DNA of 64,000 nucleotides from Pocillopora damicornis (Eukaryota): NCBI RefSeq assembly GCF_003704095.1, contig NW_020844573.1, positions 62,001 to 126,000 of the forward strand, read 5' to 3'. Shown piece by piece: positions 14,201 to 25,953 of this stretch (position 1 is its first letter; each line of letters starts with the position of its first letter). The notes under the pieces were generated by a model. It saw only the letters and a program-made list of their open reading frames with translations, ran no database searches and was not told where the DNA came from. The position numbers and the translations under genes were made by a program.

Positions 14201-17069
14201 ATAAAAGCTACTATGAAGGAAAAGAGATGTCTCCAATGGCTATCCTCAATTGTTAAAATGGGTATTTCCTCCAAATTAATACTTTCATTTGATCAGTCAA
14301 CAAGGGCGGGAAAGTATATGCGGTATTCTTGGTATGGTAAAAAAGAGACTCACATGTATCTAATGTAAGGACTGTATTGATCACCGGAAGCAGTAAAAAT
14401 TCTAAAGTACTTTCAACTGATTTTATCCTTAGGTATTTCTAGCATCAAAAAATACGTTTTTCCAACCAGTTACGGTCAGGATATTTTCTGTAGTAGCGGT
14501 TTGTAATAAGCTTAACTTTCAGACAAAATAATGCCGCCTTTTTGCTGTAAATTGAATTAATACGAGTAATCCATCCTCAAAATCCCCTAATATCCTTTAA
14601 TGAAACGCTTATGACAAGCACGAAAAAAACGCTGAAAATGATGAGGATATGAAGATACATGACCATAGATCCAAGGAGACATTGGCTTAAATTGGAAAAA
14701 GTTCCATTTTATCTTATTTTTTTTTCACAGTAAACCTTGCCAAAAATAGCTTTTTTTCTAAAGTCGGCTGTTTTCGGATCACTTTAACTGGATTACGGTA
14801 TCCTCCAAACTTAATAGACTTGGAAGACTGTCAAGATGTTTTTTTTTTAAAGAGAATTAGGAACGCTGAACTTTGATCTCACAAGACCTCCACTCTCTAG
14901 TTCTAAAGTGGAATAATGTTCTTTTCTTTTTCCTCTTTTTCTTCTTCCCGAGCGTCCTCAACCTGGCATGCGGTTCAACACGTAATTCCAAACTAAATTT
15001 CCGGCTAAAATAACTCTGAGAGCATCAAAAGGCACGGTTCCGTTTAGTGATCAAAGTGTGCGCTACTCACGTCAGCATAAAAAAGGAAGTTGTTTTGAGA
15101 AGCTGCTTATCACTTACTGTACAAACGATCTATCACGACCAAAGAAACAATTGGGGTACATTGTGGTTCCAGTTTGACCCAATGAAACTTTTATCTTCTG
15201 CCAAACTATGGAAGACAAAAAGTACCAGCTTATATACTTGCTTTTGAGATAATTTGTAATCGGTCAATCAAAAAAAAATCGGTTGTTTTTGGTCAAGAAC
15301 TTATTTGAAAGCAAGACGGCTAACGCGATATGATTTCGACCGAACACGCCATGACAGTCTTAACAGCTGTCATTAACCGATTCACAGATAAGGCGATTGC
15401 ACGAGGAAATAGGAACTCACTCCGAGAAATTTCGGTGCACTAACACCACAGACAACCATAAAAATTTGTGAAATGATTTTGAGAATATCTCCTAAAACAG
15501 CAGTCGATTCCATTAGAACACGAGCAATCGTAAAAGAGTCAATTAACTGAGACATCTAACCCATCTTTGACAAGGCCACGTCAAGACAACCATTTATCGA
15601 TCTGTCAACGCAATCCGCAAGTTAATTAAGTTCTCAGTTGGGCGCTTTAAAAGTTGTCGAAAAATCACTATTATAAAAGTACTTTGTCTGCACTTTCTTT
15701 AGAGAGTACGTATCTATGTACTGTAGCACTAAATTCACCTAATAATAGCTTTTGACAAGGAATGTAGTGAGGCAGTAATTATAGGTCAACATGTCAAGAA
15801 CGAAGGAATCTGTATAACTTTCCAAACGACAAGTTGATCCCATTATAAATCATTTCTCGGCATCAACTTATTTTCCCATGAACGCGATCGAGAGTTTTCG
15901 TCCTGACCTTAACTATAAGGAAACATCTTGGTGTGTAGAAAGAACAAAATAAATTAATTGTTACCTGGAAAGTTCTTTGATGATTTACGAGACCTGTAAA
16001 AAATATTCACAGCCCCATCTTTCATGTCTAAACTCAGATGTTTTATTCCACGTGACTTTCAAATGAAAGAACATTGTATAGAGTTTAAATTGTCCCCTTT
16101 TTTTTCCTTGTTTTGGCTGCCGATGTCGATAAACCTTTCAGCTGTGTAACGTGCTGTCAAAAGTGTTCTGGATCTTTTGCCATTCGAGACATCATTATCA
16201 AAGAATCTCCATTAGTTGGGCTGAATCATTTTCTCGTATACAGGAAACTTTAACTTATGGATAAAATCAGTTTTTGTGGTTTCAGCAGAAATGAGCCATT
16301 TCCCCTAGTCTCGCAGAATTTCATGGAGGATCGACAAACAAATCTCCTTACTCGTCTGAAAATGAGTTTCAAAAGATCCTAGAAATGGCGTCCTCTTATG
16401 TTTGCCTACGCTGCAACTTTCTCCAAAGCCTATACTTATCAAAAATACAATAAACATTTTGTACAACATGGGAAGATGGACCTTCATTACGTGTCATAGT
16501 TCCGGCAGCTACGCAAGCTAGTGACCCTGAAGCTTCGTGAACCAGGAGCACAACCTATGTAACAGCAAAAACGAAAAAAAAACAACAAAATTTTTAAGTG
16601 CAGCCATATTACCTGCAACCCATGCAAGAGTAGACTCCATACTGTACAGTCGTTCAGACTTTCTTGTTTGAGGTCGGGCGTATCCTCGACAAAACAAACT
16701 GGAATTCTTGAACATGTTTCTACCTTCAAGCATGCGAAAGCCTGCAAAAAGAAAAGACACATGCCAAACTCAAAGCTCTTTTCAGAAATGAACATTACTA
16801 AATCTCCGCTTTATAGTGTAATCAAAACCAAGGCCGTTTTCTACAACTTTGAAGTGTAATTGTACCTTGCTAAGGTCGACAAATGCTTGGAGTTCCAAAA
16901 TGTTCTTTCTTGAGTTCTGCCCCGATTTACGGCACAGCTCCTGAAGAGTGACTTGCTTATGATCGTCTTTTCTTCCTTTTGATCCTTTTCTTTTCGATTC
17001 CACGGATGAAATGAGGAATAACAACAGCAGTACGAAAGATAAAGTGACAATAGCTCGCCAGAGTGCCAT
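11218..17069 (-). CDS. Uncharacterised secreted precursor protein, about 311 aa, 7 exons
   Basis: Exons 17069-16866, 16741-16643, 16554-16491, 15993-15965, 13928-13890, 12310-12166 and 11573-11218 have GT-AG boundaries and join in frame (936 nt). Signal peptide MALWRAIVTLSFVLLLLFLISSVES; RPRKRR and KIKR sites; 5-Cys C-terminal segment. The internal exons are less certain than the ends. Confidence 0.7.
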
Positions 17070-19229
17070 ATGGTACAGTTATTAAGACAGCAGGCGTTCA
17101 CAAGTGGCTCGAATGGTAGGATTGTAAAGATTATGCGGTCAGGGTTCGAACGTAGTTTACAGTTTTCTCCTCAGAACCGAATGCATACGATGTGGACTGA
17201 TGATATGACTGCTGTTAATTTATGTAGTTTTCTGAGCCAGCCCAGGGCACTTGTGTCAGCTCGCGATGATGACATTGTCAGATCTTCAAACGATATTAAA
17301 TATCTGTTTTTCCTACGTTAATGAATATTTCCGGATTCTTGCCAAGAAAATCTTTCCTGCATAAAAACTCCAATACGAGTGTGGTACCGACAAATTTGAG
17401 TGTAGAAAGTACTTGTCCATGCTGCGTAGAAACACTAGAGCTTAAAATCATCATCGTCACGTTTGTATCTTCTTTTGTTGGCAACATATTGCAAAGCACA
17501 ACGAGCAGAGTGCTATGTCAAAAGGTTAAAAGCTCGAAAGAAGCACAAATCGTTAGCCTAACGCTCTTAGCGCTGAGTCGCTGGAGATGAAAGAAGCTTG
17601 CAAACCTTTCATGAAACCTCAGTATCGTTTTTGCCGGATACAAGCACGACATCATAGCGGGAGACACGTCCGTTTTATGTGGTTTGGAAATAGTTACCGT
17701 CCTTGGCATACTTTATCTTATTTGACATGCAGATTTCCAAATTACTGGGACAACATAGCTGACCTCAATTTTCATCGAAAGAATTATGAAATGAAAAGGA
17801 CTTTACGGCATCCTTTGTGATATATTTACGAATTCCAAACGAAAGTCAAATTCTTATTTAAAAAAATAAACAGTCACAGACAGTGTAAACACATTTCAAA
17901 ATATATTTTTAGAGTTCAGCGATGATTTGACCTTAAAATATGCAACTCAATCTTTTGTTTCATAAACTTTACATTCGTTGAGATGTCTATTTACAAACAC
18001 AACCCACAAATTTGATTGAAAATAGTAAATAAGCAACTTTAATGAGTGAATATTAATTTAGGATTGCATTGCAGCAGGGTCGAGAGGACTTTTACCGTTC
18101 TAGTGATCTTCAACTCGTTGTTCAGCATAAGCTACGCTCTCTCTTCATGTAGTTACAGGAAAGCATTCAAACATCACACCATTTGACCGATTATCTTCAG
18201 TATCGTGATTAATAGCTCCCTTATCATTGTAACTATGCCCCTGTCACAATGATGAAAACCAAAACAAACCACGGATTAGTGGTGTACCGTGTAGATGTAT
18301 TGCAAAGTCGGGTGGTGGTCTAGAAAAGCCTCACGAACAAAAAGGAAGCGTTGGTTTGGGGAGTGTGTGTGTGTTTTTTTTATTCCAGCGGCAACTAAAT
18401 GAAGTTCTGTTGATGACTTTGATACTTCGCACCTTGGTTTATTTCTTAGTATCAAACGTTTGCAGTTTGCTGCTCTCCATAAATTCCACGTTTGGGCGGT
18501 TCTATGCTGCGCTCAGGAGAGAAGACAAGTGTGGTCGCACCGTCCGATATGGAGAGATTTGTTTGCGGAAAAGGCGTGAGAGTGTGCCTGTTTAATTATG
18601 GATTATCATACTGTAAATACTGTAAAAGCACTTAATCCTCTCTGAGATACTGGGATTAAGGAATCATTGGCGGTTTACTGAAAAGAGGAAAAACTAGGAT
18701 AGCGGTAGAACATAAAATTCCTCGTATGGTTCAGAATTGAAGGTACTGTTTAATTTTTCGGATCTACATTACCTTGGACTGAATACCAAACGTTCACTAA
18801 ATTCCTTACAGCTTCTCAAAGATTTTGCTTCCTGTACGAGTGGTTGTGGACTGAAAGCTGTTACATAATGATCTAAACTGAAATTGTTCTTAAGGAGACT
18901 AATGATGAAAAAAGTACTCAACACGTTTCAATGTGCAACATGCATTGCGAGGACCACCACACGATTTCCCTGTTCATTAGCTTTCATTCAACAGATCGTA
19001 ACTATGTCATCAAAATTATATCCTCAATGTGATAAGACCACCGCAGACATAAACTCAGCAGAACTGCCTCGAGGTTCGGCTAAATAGCTGTCATTTATTT
19101 GAACGTAAGCCAACGTTTTCAGCCTTGACCTTAAAAGATTTTTACGTTGGTGTCTTGCAGACGAAAGCGAAAATGTCATCATGTGAGTTATAAATAGATT
19201 TAGAAAGACGGTCAAGTTTATTCATCTTT

Positions 19230-19320
19230 CACGAACGTGGGACTGAGGAAAATCTGAGTCACGTAAAGAAAGCGAAACTCACAACCTCATATTTCACCGC
19301 AGTCCGATTATGCTCTACTT
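19230..19320 (-). mobile_element. Degenerate tRNA-derived SINE head fragment
   Basis: cacgaacgtgggactgaggaaaatctgagtc...atgctctac resembles the reverse complement of a tRNA-like A/B-box repeat (recall). It is not a foldable tRNA. Confidence 0.4.
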
Positions 19321-19455
19321 CTCCTAGTTAATCTATTTTTCAATTTTCTACAATAACTAATGAACGAACCACGAATACGGAGATCTTAAAAGCTGCAGAA
19401 AGATCTGCATTTAATGAGAAAGTGACCACACAAATTTTGCCAACATTCATAATGA

Positions 19456-19555
19456 NNNNNNNNNNNNNNNNNNNNNNNNNNNNNNNNNNNNNNNNNNNNN
19501 NNNNNNNNNNNNNNNNNNNNNNNNNNNNNNNNNNNNNNNNNNNNNNNNNNNNNNN
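19456..19555. other. Assembly gap
   Basis: 100-N run. Confidence 0.99.
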
Positions 19556-21939
19556 GAGTAAAATGCTGTTATGGGAACACACTCCAATCCTGCCTAAAAC
19601 CTCATTTCTGTATCAGGAATTAAACCTTTTCCGATATAAGAGAAGCGCACCCAAGCCATTGTTTGTAATCAAAACACGGAATATTATGATATTATTTACA
19701 ACCAAAATAACAAGGTTCAAATAAGGAAGACTTATTCAAGGGCGTGACTTAGGAGTGGGGTACGTCATGAAGGGCCGAGTATGCCCCCAATGGCTGATAA
19801 AGAGCTGTTGCAGCCCCCCCCCTGAATATTTTGCTTAGAAATATGTCCGTGTATGTACAGTTAGCGAACTTCTGTGGCAAGACGTATCCTGTTTAAATTT
19901 CATTAAGTCTACACGAGTTCTTTTTTATTAATCTTATTAGTTGCTCACGAAAATGCAACTCTCCACAACGAAGATGGGTAAAACATTTGAAATTTTTGCC
20001 ACAACTTTTAATTTTTAGGGAGCTCTTAAGAAGCGGTTTCATGGCCTTAGAGCAAACGCTTTCAATATGTTCATGATAAATATAAAAAAAATACAAATTG
20101 AATTTCAATTCTTGTTGAGTGTTATTCTTAACCAGACTCTGGCCAGTGTATGTTAGCCACCATAATTCTCTTACAGCTATAGATTTAGCCAAGCCTAAGT
20201 AGTCGATCTACTCAGTTTCTGGCCAATCAGCGGGGAGCACATATCGTTTAATTTTTCTGATGTGATCGCGAAACTTCAGGGCAAACTAGAATTTCTCAAC
20301 TATCTGTCCTTCTCAGCCAGACAAAATACTTGTCAATTATCATGAAATGTCGCGAATGATATACAAAACAAACTTCAATGTTTTTTTCAACTTCGTTTTT
20401 TTTCGCTCGCTTCGGAAATGTATTCGATAGCTTTAGTTTGTTTTCCTGACCGCTCGACCCCACCCAGAGTTTAATTTTATCAACCGGCAACACCCACAAA
20501 CGGAAATCGCGGAAGTAACAAAAACACCCAAAGACATATCACGGAATCTTACCATCCCTCTTGGCGGACTTTCCAAATCAACTCGACGACATAGTCAGTA
20601 CAGCATTACTGTGGCTCTATTCTATCAAGGTAATAAATTACCATCATTATGGTGACAATTTAACTGTTTCTTTCATGTTTTTGGAAGCATGATACGTTGG
20701 AATAACCCCGAAGTCTAACCTCCTAAACAGAAAAGGGCGTAAGAATTTTCGCCGCTCACTAATCTTGTTTCATCCCGCATAGTTACACGAAAATGTACTT
20801 AGTTGCTTCCTAACCCAATTAGATTCGTAAGTAAAGGTTGATAATTTGGCCATGTTTCTTAAGTCTTAAGTCTGGACGATTTATAGAGGTAAATTTCTTT
20901 GTACACTTGATTTTTAGATGGACAAGCCACGACATCACTTCTCAGAAAACTTCCGTTCACGTGAGGTATACTTCAGAATCTCATTTGATCAGTAAGAAAA
21001 AAAAACTTACAGTGAATGAATAAACCAAGTAGTTACAGCCTGGTTCAAGATGAAGAACACTGATTACATAAATTACGTAAATTGAGGTCAATGTGTTTCA
21101 TGAAGCAATAACTAAACAGTAATGGGGCTACCACCTTTACGGGAAGTTTGCGCCATCAGGGCAAAGCGGAATTACAGCATTTTGCTTTGTTGATATTAAA
21201 CTTTTTTCTGTTTGTTGATTTATTTGTCTACTTATTTTATAGTCTGCCCTGCTCTATGACAGTCTTAGATCTTGCCATCTTACCCTGAACACTGCGTCTG
21301 CAATACAATAATATTAACGAGTTGACACTTAGCCGCGTTAAAGGTTACTGTGGATTTTATTTAACGGGGAAGCAAGGCCCTTAGACAACTTGGAAAGCAA
21401 GAATAAGACTTAAAGGTCTTTAAAACCTATAATTTATTTGATAAGGCTTTGTTTGAGGAAGTAGACCCTCCTTTGAGACTGTGACCGAAATTTAAACTTA
21501 ATCACAGACGAAAACAGTCTCCATTGCAAAAACAGCACATGCTTCAAATGACATGTGTTGAAAGTTTCAAGTGAGCGAAACTTATAAAGGAAGAGAAGAC
21601 ATTCTGATCTGTTTTTATATGCAAAGAGCAAAAAGGTTTAGTAAATAACCAGACCTACTCACTTACTCAAACTATACAAATGTCGTTATTTTTTCAAAGA
21701 ATTCGAGATGAAATTTTCTCAGGGGGCTGAAACACGCGGCTAGCTGAAATTTTCCAGAATTGCCACTAACTGTGTTGGAAAATTCTTGGATGTAGCAAAC
21801 CCGAAACGCATTTTGAGAGCTTGCACAACTGTTTCTAATTATCTCATACCACTCGTGTTACGATGAGATGGTGCAAACATTGTGTATGGAAAAGAGACTC
21901 AGTCAACATCTGGCATAACAGTTGGAAATCATGCTTAAG

Positions 21940-22394
21940 CAGGGCGTGAAATTAATTTTTTTCTCTGCTGGCCACTTGGCTTCTAAATTCTTCAAAGTGG
22001 TAGCCAATTCAAAAAAAAGTTGGTCGCCATTTTTAAAGACAATCCAAACCTTTTTTACGCAGTCATCTTTCTAGAAATTAAGTTAGGGAAAAGATCTTTA
22101 ATGTGCTACAAAGTGGACACTAGAATGCATGATATGGAACGTTCAAGCTCACCTAAATCCAAGATGGCGTTTAGTTATCGATCGAGATGCATGTGCTGCG
22201 TCTTGTAAACAAACTTAACGGGGGAGTTTGCCGCGGATTTATCTTTGCAAAGCTTTTTAATTCACTATTTCTCTGGGTAACGTTATGATGAAACATTCTA
22301 GTCGCCAATTTGGCGACTAATTTTCAGGATTTGGTCGCCAAAGTGAAAAATTTAGTCGCATTGGCGCCTGTATTAGACGCAATTTCACGCCCTG
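21940..22394. mobile_element. Non-autonomous DNA transposon (hAT-like MITE)
   Basis: Perfect 14-bp TIRs cagggcgtgaaatt / aatttcacgccctg and repeated subterminal gtcgcca/tggcgac motifs. The 8-bp flanks tgcttaag / aatttaag match only partly. Confidence 0.8.
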
Positions 22395-22691
22395 AATTTA
22401 AGATTGTGAAGTTTGGTTTGAGCCCTGAATGACCTTGGGTGTCTTAAGCCCATTCAAACAAAGTCTCTCCCCAACTTTCTGCTTTTATTACATTTCCATT
22501 CTTTTAGTTTTGTTCTCAGTAAAATTAAAAAAGAATCATTTTTACCAAGGGAGGCACGTTGGGTTAATGTTTATAGGGTCATTTTGTCACTTTCTTAGGC
22601 TGGACACTTTTCTCTCACCATGCCTCTCTCCATCCACGAGTATACATGGGCACTGGTGTTCTTTCAAGAAAACTTGATGAACTGCCTGAGG

Positions 22692-22798
22692 GACTGGGGT
22701 GGAGGTTATCTTTTTGGATTGGTGGAGAGACTGGGGTGAAGGTTATCAGCAAAGGACTGGTGGAGAGACTGGGGTGGAGTTTATCTCCAATGGACTAG
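22692..22798. repeat. Tandem repeat, 37-38-bp unit, about 3 copies
   Basis: gactggggtggaggttatc...ggactggtggaga repeated three times. Confidence 0.85.
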
Positions 22799-23505
22799 CA
22801 ACACATACTTATTCACCCTATGCTACAGGAAGTTGAGTCCACAACTTTGCAACTGTTTACTTTGTAAAATAATTCATAAAACAAGTTGACTAATTCAAAG
22901 TTCAGAACTAGGATACTTACTACTGAGATACTAATTGAAATCTAAAAACAAAGTGCAAGTATAAATTTATGTATTGGGTCCTGTAGCAAGTGCTAAAACA
23001 TGTTTCATATTGAATAAATATCAATTGAAAAGGCAACTGCATATTTTTTGTGAAGTTAAAGTAGACATCAAAAGAATTCAAGAGATTTATGGTTATGAAC
23101 TATAAAAGATACTTTTTGCCATGACATTTCTAACAAATGAAGCAACACAAGGTAGAAAAACAAATGAAACAAAGAGTTTGTTTTGAAATGCAGTCATGCC
23201 AAAAACAAAGTCATGTCATTTGCTGCACTGATTGTAAAGTAAGACTGAATATTTTTTCCAAAGATTCTGATTATCAAAATCAAGACATGTGGCTTGTCAA
23301 AGCCTGTAAAAGAAGAGGGAAACCCTGAAAAGCTTACTATTTCCAGATCCTTACATTTACATGTATCTTTGTTTAGAAAATTTATATCTTTGCAAAGCAT
23401 AAAAACATTTGGATGATCTCATTAATAAAAAATTTCAAAAACACGCATACATGCATAACAAAGTCTTGTGAGACTAGCCAGAGAGCACACCCGGTTTTTT
23501 CCCTT

Positions 23506-25953
23506 TTAATTCTGTTTCTTAGAACTTGAGTGAGGAGAATTATACACATCATTCATTTCCCTTAATGTCTGATACATGATCAAGGAAGGAACAAAAATCC
23601 AGATAGAATTGGCAAAAACAAAGATTGTCCAGAAGTAGAAGACCTTTTCAAAGCTGTCAAAAGAAGGGGGCCAGTCCTGAAAAGATAAGGATAAACTTTA
23701 GGGACAGGTAACCTATTGATTTCATTTATGGCTGGAAGTCTTTACTATATATCAAGTGAACCAGATCTGCAAGATTTACTTTGAATTTGAATGGAAAGCT
23801 CAGTGTACAGAAAGGAGTTGGATTGAAAGAGTGATCTCTCCAGCTGAAAAAGGTAGCCTTTTAAACCAGTGTAATCTTTTTATTTAGAGAGCCCCACAGT
23901 GCCTTGGCAGAGGGAAAAGGTTTTGCTGCTTAGACTGGACCAGGGCAGAGGATCTTAAAGTAAATACCAGTAACTGAGAAGAATGTGTTGCCTTTTTAGT
24001 GATAACTGTTTGCAAATGGTTAAGTACTCACAGATGATTCAAGCCTCCAAATAATAAATGCTCATCTTTTTTTGCATTAAATATCAAATGGTTTGCAACT
24101 CACAAGAGAAGGACTAGCCGCTCTCTAAGTTGTGACTTTCTTTATCATGGATGGATGAGAAATGCATAGAAAAATTAGATAATAAAGAACTTTGAATAAT
24201 CTGAGGGTAAGTAGTGAAAGTGTTCACTTCTCTTCACCTAGTTTAGTTATATACAACACACTTTATTTCCTACATTCCCCAACCTAACCGCTCAGAAGAC
24301 TGTTCACATAGAATGATGTATCTTACCAGTGGAACATTCTTGAAACCATCATACACTTCTGTACCAACATACATAAAAGTACCCATGAGCTGAAAGGTTG
24401 ATGTGATGATTGACATAAAATGGCGCCACCAAAGGTCTTTGACAATGGCTCTATACCTGCAGAATTAAAGTGAACATTTTTAACAAGGTATTGTAAGTGA
24501 ATTATTTTATCAATGGTTAGTTGCCTGTTAACCCTTTCACTCCCAAGATCTCATAAGTGATTCTCCCCACTGTCTCCAATACAATTCTTATGAGGTTTAA
24601 GTTCAAGAATTTGGTATTGGATCAGCTAATATTTCCATGATTGATATTTGTCTTTATTCTCATCACTTTCTGCTTGATTTTGTATGGAGATTGTAAGGAG
24701 AAATTCTGTCTTAGTCACTCAAAGGAGTTAAAAGGTCACAAATATGTAACCTTGTGGTTAGTCTGATATTATGGCTGCCTGACTTTATTGTCAATGCAAA
24801 TCCAAACTGTGCAGACTTGAAAATGAAATTCATTGACTAAATTTTGCATACCATAAAATACAAAGTGGCCCCATTATGGTGATTTCTATATATGATACCA
24901 TCATCACAGTTGGATCCTTAGTTTTCCAGTAACGGGCATCTAGTTTTCCATACTCGACAACCATCCACTTGGGTCCACGACCAGTGGTGCCAATGACCCT
25001 GAGCAGATGAACATCAATCAGCTCTGGTAGTTTAATAACTAGTAGTTACAGTCTTGAAAGTTGTCTCAGATTGCTTACAAAATACTTCACATAACTCCTT
25101 TAACCACTCAGATGCAAAACTTAGTTGCAACTTCATTGTCAGCAATTTCCTGCCCTTGAGTTTGCACACTTACTAGGAGTGCCCATAGGCTCATCTTCAC
25201 TTTGAACTCCTCACTGATTGGCTATAATGATTACTTTAGTTCCAGTCGAAGCCTGATTTCTTTGTGGGAGGGGAGGGGTAGGGTAAAATTTCCCCACAGT
25301 TTGAGGTTTTACGGCAGAGCAAAACGGAGCCAAGATAATGATCCTCAGGTGTTCTTCTCTGAAGCTCAAATCTCGTAAAGCTTTATATTTATTAAGTAAA
25401 TAATTTAAAGTTACCGAATTTGCACAACTTTCGGCAAGGATAAGATCACGATCGAACATAACATTCATTTCGCTCTGACGAAGGGCTTACGCTCGAAACG
25501 TCAGCTTTGAAAACTCTTTATGTGGCCAAGTTACGTTATCAACTCAGTTGATAATACTAAATTACCCTGTTATACTCTCCCACCGACGCAGCACCACAGT
25601 TTCTATAGAAACTTACCCCCTTTATTCAGTTGTTAAGTCAAGGTCCATAGCTATCTCGTATTTCCTTCCTTGTAAACTCGTGAACAGCAAGTCCAATAGA
25701 CTTATTTTCTTTTTCAGACACTTAGCTAGCAAATTATTCAAATAAAGTTGTTCTCTTACCCATCCATCCAACAGTGAATTATGCAGCCATTGAACAGAGC
25801 CCACCATGCAAGAGTCGTATGTCTACCTCGAGGAAAGCCAGTCCAAAGGAAACATAGCAACAACAGCACCACTGGAATCACATTCACAGGATCTTCAATG
25901 TCTTCTACAAAATATTTGGCTGTTTCTAAAACATTTGATGAATTGAAATCCAT
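23506..25953 (-). CDS. EBPL: Emopamil-binding protein-like (EBP/EXPERA family) ER membrane protein
   Basis: Exons 25953-25760, 24998-24852, 24456-24327 and 23676-23506 join in frame. Motifs WWALFNGCIIHCWMDG, EYGKLDARY, IEITIMGPLC, FYFWTIFVFANSIWIFVP; C-terminal KKQN ER-retrieval signal. EBP vs EBPL orthology is not certain. Confidence 0.88.
24528..24738. mobile_element. piggyBac-like MITE, diverged copy of the 40849-41060 element, in an EBPL intron
   Basis: ttaaccctttcactcccaagatc...ggagaaattctgtcttagtcactc..ggagttaaaagg is collinear with 40849-41060. Confidence 0.85.
25465..25627 (+). mobile_element. Repeat carrying a minimal hammerhead-ribozyme-like motif (Penelope-like-element type)
   Basis: gct-CTGACGA-a-gggc-ttac-gctc-GAAAC-GTC-agc at 25472-25505: core boxes, stem II and a 3-bp stem I. 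Confidence 0.7.

Noticed and set aside
16613-16642. Extension of exon 2 (VWSLLLHGLQ) that resembles a helical-cytokine helix B
   Set aside because: Using the 16613 donor leaves a 58-nt intron, while the 16643 donor gives a more typical 88 nt. The cytokine resemblance rests on this doubtful segment, so it is not claimed.
19230-19320. tRNA gene
   Set aside because: Only degenerate box-like remnants with no cloverleaf; treated as SINE-derived. The same applies to 53216-53420.
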